64,000 nt of DNA from Hydrolagus affinis (Eukaryota), in contig JAAILG010000202.1 of NCBI GenBank assembly GCA_012026655.1, positions 62,001-126,000 on the forward strand. The letters run 5' to 3'. Positions 24,945 to 38,487 of this stretch are shown here, piece after piece. The stretch's first letter is position 1. Each line of letters begins with the position of its first letter. A program made the position numbers and the translations under genes. The notes under the pieces were generated by a model. It ran no database searches, had not been told where the DNA came from, and was given only the letters and a program-made list of their open reading frames with translations.

Positions 24945-25095
24945 CAGTAAAAGCCGTTTATCTGGCACCCGATCAACCATAACTTCCGTATAGCTGGCAT
25001 TGCAAAAAAAAGGTCCGCATTCGATTAACTGGAATTTATCTGGAAAAATGCATTAAATTATTAATTTTTTTTGCGTTTTCTTCTGAATATCCACC
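24945..25095 (+). mobile_element. Tigger/pogo-like MITE, left part only
   Basis: TA|CAGTAAAAGCCGTTTATCTGGCACCCGATCAACCATAACTTCCG, a paralog of 25990-26195. Confidence 0.8.
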
Positions 25096-25284
25096 GGCTA
25101 ACCCCACTGGCTGGCCACCAGGTCGGGAGGCCCGCAGCCAAGGGGTGGAGCCAGCTGACTGAATGAGGTCCAATTGAAGGTCCTGCCTCCATGCATCTGA
25201 CATGAATCAGGATCCATCATATTATTTATGCCCACAATTAACTAGTTTAGATAATTGGCTGACTATATATTGAATAGTTTGGAG

Positions 25285-25592
25285 GGTTAGCCTGGCATCC
25301 ACTACCCAACCATCGGTGGCCAGGCTTTCTGCCTCTCTGCTCCCAGTGTGGAACTCCATCCCGCAGTCCCTCCACCTTGCTTCCTCCCTTTTCTCTTTCA
25401 AAACCAGTCTCAAGACCTTCCTCTTTGACTGTGCCTTCGGCTCCCCTCCTAACTCTTCCCTCTCCCCTACTCTCCTTCCCCTACCCCGACCCTCCTCCCC
25501 CTGCTTGGCTCCTAAACTAACTGTTCAGTGCCTTGGGACGTCCTCCCAACTTGAAAGGCGCTATATAAGTGTCATTTTGTTGTTGTTGTTGT
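25285..25592 (+). mobile_element. L2 3' end fragment
   Basis: PVWNSIPQSLHLASSLFSFKTSLKTFLF plus CTTGGGACGTCCTCC...GAAAGGCGCTATATAAGT(GTT)n tail. Confidence 0.9.
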
Positions 25593-25677
25593 TTGAGTCC
25601 TTTTTTTAATACATAAAGGTATTGAGGGATGTGGGACTAGGGTGGGTAAGTGGAATTAAGATAGAAGTTTGAGTTCA

Positions 25678-25989
25678 TCCGTGGCTAACTAGAGCAGTTA
25701 GGGAAAGTATAAAACTAAAAGAAAAGGCCTATAAAACTGGCAAAAAGAGCAGCAAATCTGAGGACTGAAAGTGTTTTAGGGACCAACAAAGAAAAACCAA
25801 AAAGCTCATTAAGAGTGAGAAAATGGATTATGAGGGCAAGCTAGCTGGGAACATTAAATCAGATTGTAAGAGTTTTTGTACATACATTACGAGAAATAGG
25901 CTAGCAAAAGTAAATGTGGGTCCATTACAGGCAGAGGCAGGAGGAATTATAATGGAGGATAAAGATATGGCAGAGTCCCTAAATAAATA
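25678..25989 (+). mobile_element. CR1 ORF2 internal fragment (EN-RT linker)
   Basis: PWLTRAVRESIKLKEKAYK...DYEGKLAGNIKSDCKSFCTYI...KVNVGPLQ...DMAESLNKY with an in-frame stop. Confidence 0.88.
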
Positions 25990-26195
25990 CAGTAAAAGTC
26001 CGTTATCCGGCACCCGATCAACCATAACTTCCGTATAACCGGCATTACAAAAAAAGGTCCACATTCGATTAATCGGAATTTATCCGGAAAAATGCATTAC
26101 CGGTAATTTTTGGGGGGGGCGTTTTCGGCTGAATATCTACGCTTTCACCGGCATTGGCCAGTTCTCGAGGGTGCCGGATAAACGGGCTTTTACTG
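25990..26195. mobile_element. Complete Tc1/mariner (Tigger/pogo-like) MITE
   Basis: TA TSDs at 25988-89 and 26196-97; TIRs CAGTAAAAGTCCGTTATCCGGCACCC / GGGTGCCGGATAAACGGGCTTTTACTG. Confidence 0.92.
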
Positions 26196-26304
26196 TACAT
26201 TGAAAGCCATAAAAGGATTATTATATCTTTTCTTTTGACATACAAGAACTTCAATAACACCTTTCCATGTCGGATAATGTCTTGAAATGCTTTATAGATA
26301 CAGG

Positions 26305-26456
26305 TCTTTTAAAAGAGAGGTAGACATTTATTTGGGGAGGATGGGTTTGTGCGGTTATGGGGAGAGTGGGATTGAGTTGCTCTTTTCAAAGAGCCAGCAC
26401 AGACTCAATGGGCTGAACGGCCTCCTTTTGTGCCGTAAGATTCTATGATTCTATGT
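26305..26456 (+). mobile_element. CR1 3' tail
   Basis: ATGGGCTGAACGGCCTCCTTTTGTGCCG followed by (GATTCTAT)n; same subfamily as 51283-51479. Confidence 0.88.
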
Positions 26457-28984
26457 TTGCAGAGTGGGGGTAGAGAGACCACTGGCACAGTCAAAGATGC
26501 AGTTTTCCAAAGGAGCCACTAACTATCTTTAGTTTGTACCATTATCTACTATAGTTAGATGTTCTTAATGCCTTCCGATAGAAATTTCCCATTGATGTCA
26601 AATGCATCTTCTAAACTAAGTAACTCTATTTGGGCAGAATCTGATCATTGCTCAACACAAGAAGAGAATCAAAATGAAACATTTTAGAAATTCCTCTAGT
26701 GCATTTGCTTTGAAAGGAATCATTGTGTTTGTTTTAAGAAGTAAAATATTATAATGTATTCTTTAATCTAATATCACCCAACTCATAAAATCATTTGATG
26801 AATGTAAAATCAGTGGATTGTCGCTTCACCTTGGCAGCTAACAATAGGCTCTGGTTGGTTTCAGCACAGATACAGAAGCAGAAGGAGGCCCATTCAGCCC
26901 ATTAAGATTGTTCTACCAATTTATTAGATCTTGAGAGATTTTTATACCTAACGCCTGATTTATTTGACTTGGACTGTGAGGCAATAGAGAAATTTGTTCA
27001 TAGTTAACATTTATTTCAGAAGACTAGATGTGTAGAATAGAGTTGTGGCTGAAGTTATCATTGACTTTTTCAGTAAGGAGGGGAAAGAGGAGACCATAAG
27101 GACAGCTTTGTAGCCCAAATTAAGAAACAGTTTGATGCTGACATAGGAGGACTCTGGGTATTCTAGATGGGCTGAAGGGCCTGCCTCACCCAAATCTCTC
27201 TTGTGATCATGTGAAGCATCATTTGTCAGCTTCTTTCATTAGCTTGAAACATTTTCCTCTATTCTCCACACCACCTGCTAGTTATAGCATTAGATGCAAT
27301 CAGCAATCTGCTATGAAAGCAGATCTTCACAGGTCTTTGAAAGGCTCAAGCTGTAATGTGGAGCTGGAGATCACCAAATGAGCAATTTGTCCTCAATTAA
27401 CAGAGAACTTTAAACATTTTCTTGGCTTAGCTATCTGGAGTTTTTAAAAAATATATACATACCATTACATAAAACAGAAACAAGGGCCATTTGGTCTAAT
27501 GAGTCTACGCCGGTGTTTAAACTCCACACAAGCCTCCGCCTCTCCAATGTAAATCTTATCCTTAAGCATGTGAACCAAGATTTGTTTTTTGATCTCTTGC
27601 AGTGTAGTTTCAATCCATCTGCCTTGCCCCATCCTGATCGTACTTGAAGACCTTCTTCTTTAACTGTGTCTATGGCCACCCTCTACTTCACCCCTACCTT
27701 GTCATCCTATTCCATTATCATCAAGCGCTCTGGGATTCTACTCGGCATGAGGGATGCTATATGAATGCAAGTTGTTATTATTGATGTGTCTCTGAGATTG
27801 ATGTGTTACTGAGCACAACCAGAGCTGTATCTTCCTATCTGACTTCCAAAGCAGTGAATGTCTGAACACCACATCTACATCCCAAGACAGAAGTAATTGT
27901 CACATTTTTTTGCCTATCTTCAAGGTAAAAATCAACCATTTTCCAGTCATCAGCTTGGTACTTTTAGTGTTTTTTTTTATCATTTGAAATGAAACAAGTG
28001 GTGATTTAATGTACCAATTTCCCCCACAAATATACGGTCACTTCACTCTACAGTACATTCTGGGAAGCACTTTGAGATGTCTAGAAGATGTAAAAAGCAC
28101 TATATTAAATGCAATGATTATTCTAATTAAGTAAAATGTCACTCATAAACAAGAATATCATCATCATTATTATAAGGGTTTGTTTCACCTCCAGACACTC
28201 TGGATAAAAGACGGTCTTTTCTTTGTTTTTAATTGAAATATTTAACATATTTTACAAGGACATGTCGAGATTTATAGGCATAATGTCAAAGGAAATTATC
28301 CACCAACATCTTGAGAAGTGGTTATACAGTGTATAAAATATGATTCATGTTTGGCAAGAGCAATCGGTGGTGTCCTACAGGAATTGGCAGAGCATTCAAA
28401 ATATTCTCAAAAACCTGGCTAGAGTACCTTAAACAGGATGATAACATTATAGCAGAAACATTAGGTAAAAATGTGAGTATATGGGAAGGACCACATGACA
28501 CAATGGATTTAGAATAACTGAAGAGATGAATTACAGATCATATATTCTATGATCACAATAGTACCCGTCCTATTGCACGCAGTGAAAAACCTTAGGACTT
28601 ATTCATGCATTGTTAGCAGGAGTTGAAACAAGGAAAACAATATTTGTAGCTGGGTAGTAATTGATAGCATCTGGAGACTCTAAATGTCTCAGCAAAGGAT
28701 GAGACGAAATGTAACCCAAAGAGTAGAGTACAAATCCAGCAAACTAATGTTAGCCACATACTCGGTCTCGACCCCGCACCACTGCGAGATCATTGAGAGG
28801 GAGCCAACAATCCTGACCAATAACACTGATAAGATGAGAATGTGTATGTGTAAGAAATGTTTCACCCACAAAATACACAGACAATTTAGTTTACAGTATA
28901 GGTGAAGCCCCTGGAGACATCGCAATCGCGTAATAAGGCTCTGTAGGCTCTAAGATTCAGGGACGTCCTCCTGAATCTGGTGGA

Positions 28985-29825
28985 GCTTTTCAGCCTCCAA
29001 AGGTGGAGCAGAGGGTACGAGGAACATGTGGACGCCGATATCAATCAAACGGAGGCGCCAGGAGGTGGTTTGGTGAGTGAGGGGATTAGAGAAGTAAGGA
29101 GGTGCCATGGAGTGAAGGGAATTTAAAACGTGTGTGAGGATCTTGAAGTTGATCCATTTGGTGATGGGGAGCCAGTGGAGCCTGGCAAGAACTGGTGAGA
29201 TGGAGGTACGGAGTTTGGAGTTTGGTCTGGGTAAGTATGCAGATATCAGAGTTCTGAATGGGCTGAATTTTTTGAATAGTAGAGCGGGGGAGACTAGCGA
29301 GGAGTGTGTTTGAGTAATCCAAGCGGTGGGTGACAAACTCATGCTCAAGGGTTTTGGCCTCATTGGAGGTAGGTACAGTCAGAGGCAGGCAATGTGGCAG
29401 AGGTGGAGGAAGGTGGTCCTGGTCAGGGAATGAATGTGGAGAAGGAAGGACAGCTGGGAGTTGAACCGGATGGCTAGATTGCACACTGGTCCATGATACT
29501 GAGGGAGAGCCCAGCAAGGTTTAGGAGATCAGATCCACAGGAGTGAAGACGTTGACGGGAGCCAAGGAGTACGGCTACTGTCTTGTCCACATTCAGCTGG
29601 AGGAAGTTGGCACTTGTCCAGGCCCTATTGTCTGCCGGACCAGCTGATAGAATATCGGCGCACCTGGAGTCACAGCTGGAGAAGGTAAAAGAAGATTTGT
29701 GTGTTATCTGCAAGCATATGGAAGCTCACCCTGTATCCTTGGATGACATCGCTCAGAGGAAGAATGCAGATGAGAAAAAGAAGGGGGCAAAGGATGGAGC
29801 CCTGGGATACCCGATAGGTGACAAG
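28985..29825 (-). mobile_element. L2 ORF2 fragment (RT C-terminal half), frameshifted
   Basis: GSILCPLLF.., FHMLADNTQ, WTSANFLQLNVDKT, FVTHRLDYSNTLL, ISPVLARLHWLPI motifs across frames. Confidence 0.92.
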
Positions 29826-32615
29826 ACTGGGTGAGAGGAGAACCTGTTTTCTGAGATGAAATGGAATAGGACACGATCAGGCAGACAGGACTTTGATTAA
29901 TGTAATAATTATCCATACAGTTGATATAGCGCCTTATCGCTTTGTTGAGATGTCTGAAAGCGCTTCATAGAAAAGATTGTGAAGTAGATTGGCTGTGTAA
30001 TTGTGGGCAAAAGTCAGCAGCCAATTGTGCACCGCAGTGTCCCACAAAACAGTGTTGGATTGAATGACCACATTGTTCAGCGCTTTGGGACGTCCTCCCG
30101 ACGTGAAAGGCACTCTATAAATGTAATTTTGTTGTTGTTGGTGGTGGTGGGGTGAGGGTGGAAGAGGTTAGCAGTGCACCTGAAGGCCGGCTGTGACATT
30201 CTAGTGCTGTACTCCGTGAAGCGCTTTGAGATGTTGATAAGATGTAAAAAGAGCTCCATCAAATGCAAGGCTTATTATTATTATTATATGTTTCTCTGCG
30301 TATATGTATTACAAATGAATGGGGTCATCAAATTACTGAATACCTCACAAAAATCAACTAAAAATATTCAATTGATATTTGCAGGAAATACAGCGTGTCA
30401 CAAAAAACCCTTGTAATTTAAAGTGAAATACTGTACTGTGCAATTGGTTGTAATGTATCCACTTTAAATCTTCTTTGTGAACCTAGATCTTATTTGCACT
30501 CAGTAGCTAATATTCCCATCGCTTTTCCAATTACGCGTTGGTCGATCTCGGCTGCAATGCAGCACAGAGTGGATGCAATGCCATTGTTTTCTCTGCTTTT
30601 ATACAGTGTGTTTTTCTTGGCGGTAAGAGTCTTGGCATTGAGACTTTTAACAATCTAAATAATGAATCTGTGGCAAAATGGTCAAAAGTGGAAAGAACAA
30701 ACCAAAGGATGCCGTTCACATGTCATCATATAGAAAGAAAACTACTATGGGAATTATCAGGACTTGGCAACTGTCCCTTTCCTTATAAGCTTGGGCTTCC
30801 GTTTCCAAAAGTACTAATGCTTTCTCATGTGAAACGATTAGCAGAAATGTTCAGTCTCATCTATAAACCATAGTGGAAAGCATCAGTTAATCGGTGGCTG
30901 AATGGCTGGGATATCTGATAATCATATTGTTGCATTGTAATGAAAACGATCCTTCATTGCAAATAGGTAGATTTAGCAATGGCCACAGAAAACAAGCTAC
31001 AACTGAACAGCAGTAATTGCCTAATCTATAAGCCAGTGACTCAAAATTGTTCTAGATATAGAGGTGATCTATCAGATGTTTGAGTGGACATGTCAGCAAC
31101 TGTACAGATGTGTTTTAGTTGGGCTCCAGCTGTTCCACATCTCTCCACCTCACAGTCCACAGTGCCTCGCTCCTTCCCTTGCCTCCTTCAACAACAACAA
31201 CAAATTACATTTATAGAGCGCCTTTCACGTCAGGAGGACGTCCTATCCTATTCAAGGCCTATCTAAACACCCTCTTTAACCTTTTAGCATTTCACATCAG
31301 TTTCCTTTGAATACTATTGGATGCTCCAAAGTGAAGAAGGGAATCCAACTCATTCAAAGAGAATGTAGCATCTTGTCTGAAGAATGAAGCTTTGGGTCGA
31401 TGAGGAGTAAATAGCAAATCAACAATCCTAAACCGACATGCTGAGTGCAAGATTCCAAAGCACCTGCTGCTTACTGGATTGAGTGAGACAGCTTGGAGTC
31501 TCTGTGGGGCTCTTGAACAAACACTAAGAAGTCTTAGAGAAAGTCTGAACTATTTCAAGGATATTTTCTTCGGGGAGTTTTACTTTTCTAAAGATAATTG
31601 GAGTTGATGTGTTGAATGAGCTAAACATTTGACTGTTTAGGGTAAGATAGCCAAACAATAACACTGATGAAAAATAGAACCAGATGTATCTGAAGCTATT
31701 AACTAAGACTGCCATTGATACGTTGAAAATATCTTTTTTTTTGCCTGCAAATCTGGAAGAGATCACTATCCAAGACTGTCTTCAGTCAATGAATGGGACA
31801 GTTTCCTGAAGCATGGATTGGAAAGTGATGTCTTTAAATTAATTATTTGCTGTATTCACTGGGTTGTTAAAGTAGGAAATGTAGAACAATTCAAAAATTT
31901 AAATGAATAAGTTAGATTCAAATAACACATTTTTCTTTCACTGACTTTGGTTCACAACTGCTGAAATTCCGTCCACTTTTAGTACATTTTGTCTTAAAAT
32001 CTAAGATAGAGCAGAATTTTTTTTCTGGTTGAAACTACAGAAAAAATAGCTTCCAAATTAAGACTGAATTTATTGCTTTTCCACAATTACTGAGCAATCT
32101 TGAGTTTTTACAACAAACAGTCCCACGGTCTGAGACCAGGAAAAGTCTACACAAATCTTAAATTTTCAGCTGAAGCAAGTTACAGTCCCAAACCTCTGTT
32201 CACATCTCCAAGCTTTTCTGGTATTTTTCCACCTAGTTGCTTATACCCCCAGTCAGCAGGTCAATGCCATGGGAGCACAGCTGGAACTCAGCCTTGAGTG
32301 AAGATGGAAAGAGAAGGATTTATGTGATGCCTCTGTGGTCCACAACTCTCTCCCTTAAGCATCTTTTCCCAATTCTCAGATTCCCTAATGACACCCTTCA
32401 GGTATGCACACTCCCCAGATCCTGTCTGCAACCAATGCCAAACTCTGTTCCATAGTTATTTAACATCTGTACTCAATTTAGTGGTAAATTTTACTCTTAC
32501 AAAAAGTGGCAACATCATGTTGGGAAATTTCATTCACACCTTTTGGATTCTTTGGATCTCAGTCCTGATCTGTACTTACTTTTGTTTCAAGCACAGTGTT
32601 ACACTTGCCTAAGAC

Positions 32616-32995
32616 AAAACCTTTGACAAGTATCCTTACTCCACACACCTCTGTTTATCTAGCAGTAAGTAAAAACCTGGTTGTTAGTCAATTAGCAGAT
32701 CACATACATACCTACACGTACATAAAAAATTTGGTTACTCAAACAGTTCTCCTAAATTGTATTTAAATAATAATAATAAATTGGTCACTCAGTTTGTGGA
32801 CTGAATGACCAATTTATTATTACCAATATTTTAATAAATTTGTGGGTAGGACACTGCTGTGTGCAACTGACTGCTGTGTTTCGCCCACAAAATATACCAT
32901 CAATTCACTTTACAGTGTATTCTGTGACGCACTTTGAGACATTTCGAAGACCTGATAAGGAGCTGTATCAAATGCAATGCTTATTATTATTATTA
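32616..32995 (+). mobile_element. Deu SINE, long variant
   Basis: CCTCTGTTTATCTAGCAGTAAGT...GCAGATC extra segment, Deu core, (TAT)n tail. Confidence 0.82.
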
Positions 32996-33384
32996 CATGG
33001 ATTCAGATGTTATACCTAAAAAAGCACTGAGTTTCTTGTGCAAAATGTAATGTCCTGGAATGTGAGGTCAATAACATTGAAGCAAATTTGCTGTGGACAT
33101 ATTTACATTTATGTCACTCTGATTCCCAGGATTCTTCTTTCCCACACTATAGAAAAGTTCAAAGTACCTTTAAAAATCATTAGTTCAACATATGGTTTTG
33201 AGAGCCTGACACCACCCTCCAACCCCCATCCACCACACCCACCCCCCCAACCCCCCACCCAATAGTACTGCCCTATTTAAAAAAAACTTGCGAATGCCGT
33301 TGCTGTTCCCTTAACCTCGGTTGCTGAATTAAGATGTCTGAGATTTGCATTTATTTCACCCAATGCCACAAGGTATAAAATAAT

Positions 33385-34480
33385 GAGTTGGGTGTCATCC
33401 CCATACATGTGGAAATTTATCCCATGTCTGCGGATGACGTCACCGAGGGGGAGCATGTAGAGAGTGAAGAGGAGAAGACCAAGGACAATGAATGCCCTGA
33501 GGAATGCCGCACAAGATGGTGCGGGGGCTGGAGGAAAAGCTGTTGACGGACACAAAGTGGAGGCGGTGTGAATGATAGGACCTGAACCAGTCAAGGACAG
33601 AATCTTAAAGGTTGACGTGAGAGGAGAGGGGATGGAAGTGGATTGAGTCAAAAGCAGACCTCTCGACCTCTCTGCTGCTTTTGACACTGTGTCAAAAGCA
33701 GCAGAGAGGTCGAGAAAGTCGAGGAGGCAAAGGGAGCCCTTGTCACAGATGGACAGGATGTTATTTGTGACCTTGACCTGAGCAGTTTCTGTGCTGTGAA
33801 CAGCATAGAAACCCAATTGGAGGGGCTCATGGAGGGAGTGGGAGGAGAGGAAAGAGTGAAACTGGGAAGCAACGCTCTTTCAGGAATCTTGGAAAGAAAA
33901 GGAAGATTGGAGTTTGGAGATAATTGAACAGCAAAGATGCATCCAGGACATCTTTGGACGCATGATGTCCAGGGATGGTTTCTTCAAGATGGTGGTTATT
34001 GTGGGGTTTTTTGAGGGATTGGAAATGGTACTGGATGATCGGGAGAGATTGATGGTGTTGGAGAGTAGCGGAGTGAGGAAGTGGAGCTGGGAGGTAAGGA
34101 GAGAAGTGGGGATGGTGTCGAAAGCGAAGGTGGTGGGCTTCATGGAGGATATGGTGGTGATGACAGAGGAGGGGGAGGCATGTTTGAAGGTGTGGAAGGA
34201 GGAATGGGTAGGGGATGTGGGGGGACGAGATAGGGAAGGGGTGGCAGTTGGGAGGGCAGAGGCAGCTGAATGGATTCCCTCGATTTTGGACTCGAGGAAA
34301 TCCAATATCTCCTCACAGTGAGAGTTAGAGGAGAGACTTTGGCAATTTGGTGGAGACAAGTGTGATGTGGTATGTTTTGATGTGGTCCAGCCAGATATGC
34401 TGGTGGACCATTAGGCCAGATTTGAGGCAGGTGCGTTCGGCAGCCCGCATCTCCTTGAGGGAGCGGAGGTGGCTGGTGAA
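33385..34480 (-). mobile_element. L2 ORF2 fragment including RT domain (pseudogenised)
   Basis: HSTETA..KVTN, LDLSAAFDTV, LGLLLFTLYMLPLGDVIRRHGINFHMYGDDTQL, MKPTTFAFDTIPT, ILKKPSLD. Confidence 0.95.
33661..33715. repeat. Perfect 27-bp inverted repeat with 1-nt spacer inside L2 RT
   Basis: TCTCGACCTCTCTGCTGCTTTTGACAC-T-GTGTCAAAAGCAGCAGAGAGGTCGAGA. Confidence 0.97.
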
Positions 34481-36266
34481 CCAAGGTGAGGTTTGTGAAT
34501 AGTGTTATTGCAAATGTGAACTTAACTTGATACATTATATTGCATCCATAATATTTACTGAAGGTATTAAACTTCCATTTCTAACACTTACTCAATAGAA
34601 TAGAAACCGAAGAGGAGTTTTTGCACAGAGCCTGTATTCTGAAGAGCAGCAAGATACTCAAAGATCAACATTTGTCTAATAGACATAGCTCTATTTTATG
34701 AGCCACTTAACACTGTTGTAAATATTCGAATATTGCTTGTGCATCTTAAACGTTTTCTTTTAACATAAATTGCCTCATATTTCTGTCTTCGTTCACTCTA
34801 TGGAAAGCCTGTTTTTGTTTTACATTAACCAGAGATACAAGTTTGCATTGACATGTATGGAGTTGTATAAAGCATACGTAGTGAATGTTTATACATTGAA
34901 ATCTTTGAGGACCAAAAAAGTTGAGTATGTGAATGTGTGTGAAATTACATTGAAATCACATGGGGGAGAAAGGTTCTGGGTGAAAAGTAAGTGTGCTGTC
35001 TAAATAAAACCAAGGCACAAACATATTTTAGTTCACTGAAAATAATATTAAATGTACATTTCTTCCGTTCCACTCTTTGGCAAACAAAAATCGGAATATT
35101 CTGCCAACCACAACCTGCTGGGCTGAAACATGCTCACTGAATACCCGTCTCTCCAAAGATGTCCAAAAGTGTGGTCAAAGAGACAGATTTTGAGATGGAC
35201 ATTGAACAATGTGATGGAGAGAACAAGTCAAGGGGACTCCTGGATGGATTTCCAGAGAGTATGGACAGATAGACTGAAGCAACAACAACAACAGCAATAA
35301 CAAAATTACATTAGATATTTCATGTTGGGAGGACGTCCCAAGGTGCTGGACGGTACTTTACAATCCATTTGCAATACAAAATTACATTTGTTTAGCATCT
35401 TACGTCGGGAGGACATGAAATGTGCATACTGTACATTTGTATTATATAGGGAGACATTTCAGATCAATTTGGACTTGGCAGAGAATGTATGTGAACAAGG
35501 CATCTTCTGGATTGCCAGACAAATGGACACTTATTATATGACCATTAATGGCTGTTTGTGGGGACTTTGCTGAGTGCAAAATTGGCTGTCACATTGGCCT
35601 ACAAATTACACTTCACTAAAATTTAGTGAAGTACTTTGAGCCATCTTAACTGTAAAGATTATTATTAATATTAACCTTGATGTTTACAATGTTTACAATA
35701 GAATATTAAATTCTCTTACATTATTACACAAGTTGACATACTGTATTTGGCAATGGCACTGAGTCATGCAAATCAGCATAATTCTAGATTTTATTCTGAG
35801 CTTGTGGTAAATTATCTGACCTCAGTGAAAGTAACGCGGTGATTCCAATTGATCGCAGTGCCCCTGAGATAAGAAGGAAATAATCTGCCAGAATTCTTGC
35901 TCCTGAGTGATTACTAACCAGTAAACCTCACTGAACAGTGTGTCAATGTTATTTGAGGACGGAATCGGAAGGAGAGTCCAAGAATGCTGAAAGACCAAGG
36001 TTGCTGGCCCTGGTAGACCTGAATCAACATGAGAATGGAGAGAAGATTGGAGACGGAAACGTTTTTTTACTTGACATAGTATTAAATCACAAATATGCTT
36101 TCCAAAGAGCAAAATGATGTGTGGCTGGAATTAAAGAGAGATTGCTCATTCCTTCCTTAATTTACCCACATGTATTATCAGCTAAATGCAATGTAATCCA
36201 CAGTTGATTGCTTGAAGATTCATGGAATGCAGATTAGAATTTTTTTATACTCATTAAAAAAAATGA

Positions 36267-36415
36267 ATAATAATCCTTGCATTTGATATAATGCCTTATC
36301 ACATCTTTGAGTGATTTACAGAATATTTTGTAAAGGGAATTGACTGTATATTTTGCAGCTGAAACAAAGCAGCCAATTGTGCACAGCTGTGTCCCACAAA
36401 CAGCCCTGGATTGAG
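36267..36415 (-). mobile_element. Deu SINE 3' fragment
   Basis: AATAATCCTTGCATTTGAT...GCAGCCAATTGTGCACAGCTGTGTCCCACAAAC. Confidence 0.82.
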
Positions 36416-38259
36416 AGACCCAAACTATGGTTATACAAAATATATATTTTTAAAGTAACTGAACCTAGCTCCTGTAAGTCCACCACCGTGGTTTGGCAAC
36501 CATAATCCTGGGGGGAATGGGGGAACGGGGGGACCAAGTAAAGGTAAAGAACATCTCCCAAACAAAAATAAGAGGGTGATCAACACATCTTCCCTCTTCC
36601 ACATCTTGGAGCTGGGTCAGAATTGGAGAACAGATTGGCTGCTCATATCTTTAGCTAAGGAATGGTGAGTGGCATTGCGAGAGATGGAGAAAATTCCTTC
36701 CAAAATAGAGATGGACAGTTTAACGTTACATATCAGTAATATGTCACTGGAGATTACATAAAAAGGACAATTAATACACCATGCTATGGTCATAATGAGC
36801 ACACTGAATGCATTTATCTTAATAAGCTCACTGCTCTTGTTTTCACAGTTTGACTGATGATCCGCAGCAATTATTCCTGACCATATAAGGTTCAGTTTTA
36901 CTTCTAAGTCCTCATTCAACAAATTCCTCTTGTCTTTCGTCAAGATTTCAATTCCTACTTTAATTGCCCTATCTGTAATCTATCTCACATGCTACAAATA
37001 ATGTTCTTATCCTGGTTAATAACCGTATTGTTAAAGTAATGATGGAAGCATTAACATCTATATTTCTATCTGCATCTCTCTCTCTATATATGAATCATTT
37101 GTTCTATATGAGCTCCCATATTAACTCCAAAAATATGCTTGGTGTTATTGTATAGTGGCTGTTAATACGCCAGGCTGTGTTGAATCCTAATTCCATCATG
37201 TATTGGAAATATGGGAAAACTCTGAACGTGACAGCACTTTTTACGTTCTTACTCATTGAAATTGGGCTGTTTTTAACCTCATCTGTAATAACTGAGGGAT
37301 TTATACATAGAGGGCTTAACAATTCAAGTTCACTGTACAGTGATTATGCCACTGCTTCACCCAAGGTTCGTGGGAAATTGTGCTTTTTATTCCAAGGCTG
37401 TAATTATGGGAAAAGGATTGTTTCCTTTATTTCTTCTCCAATCAATGTTGCATTTTTACTTATTATGGATTCCATTAATAAACTCAGTGCCAGGGCGCGC
37501 TAATCTCTGCTGTTCATCAATTTGGGGGTTATTTTTCCATTTCTTCCTTCAAGAATGAAAACAATCCCAGACTTTCACCGTATTCCTGATGGGGTTGCCA
37601 ATAACCATAGTTTGGTGACAAGCAAACCGTCTGCCAAATCAATGCATGATTTGTTGTCCGAGAGCCACAACTTCCTTATAAGAGCAGTGAACGGGACAGG
37701 AAAGTTTTGTCTATCGTTTCTCATGGTTGATTCTGCACCCCCACCCCACCTCTCATCCCTGCAAATCACTCACTCCCTGCACTAGATTATGGCACATCTC
37801 AAAACGTACCTCTTTGACCGCACTTTTGGTTATCTTTCCCCATCCCAAATCCATTGTACTCCTACGCTGTGAAGTGCTTCCCAACTCTATAAATGTAAAT
37901 GGATTGAATTCACTACTGTGACAAGCACGGTATGAAATCTGCTTGAAGTTATTTACACTGAAGGCGGTTGGTTTTGACAGGATATCGATTTTGCCACCCC
38001 AATGTGATTGCAGGTCATGTCAATTCGATAGGGATCATTTTCAGTATTAAAGAGCTGACAAACATTGCGGCAATACCATACAAGCGAACACCATTTATCA
38101 GATCTCTGCGTACCCAAGCAATCCCTGCAGAGATCTCCTTGACTCTGGAGTACAGAATTCTTATGCTTTTCATAGGGTCGGACTAGTTTCCTTACAAACC
38201 TTTGTTCACCGAGCAGAAGGTACTAATCCGGTTGTTAATCGATTGGCCGATTGCTTTTC

Positions 38260-38385
38260 ATAGAATCATAGAATTATGCAGCACAAGAAGGAGGCCATTG
38301 TATCTCTTTGAAGAGAGCAGTCCAAATCAATCCCACTCCCCTGCTCTCTCCCCTTAGTGCTGCAAACTGGTCCTCCCCAAATAAT
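38260..38385 (-). mobile_element. CR1 3' tail inserted into a long-variant SINE (38185-38450)
   Basis: (CATAGAAT)2 tail; the SINE sequence GATTGCTTTTC resumes as TTTCCTGGGGTAATAATTCC after the insert. Confidence 0.75.
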
Positions 38386-38487
38386 TATTTTCCTGGGGTA
38401 ATAATTCCATCAAAATAAATAAAAATGATTTGGTCACTCAATCTATGACCAAACAAAAATCAGTGGAGGTATATTACAATATCTACC

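Noticed and set aside
33213-33262. G-quadruplex-capable C-run tract (also ~16995-17030, ~8697-8725)
   Set aside because: Low-complexity tracts next to TEs with no evidence of function.
33277-34535. Longest ORFs (179, 159, 135 and 131 aa) as host genes
   Set aside because: Frameshifted L2 ORF2 pieces or their antisense frames.
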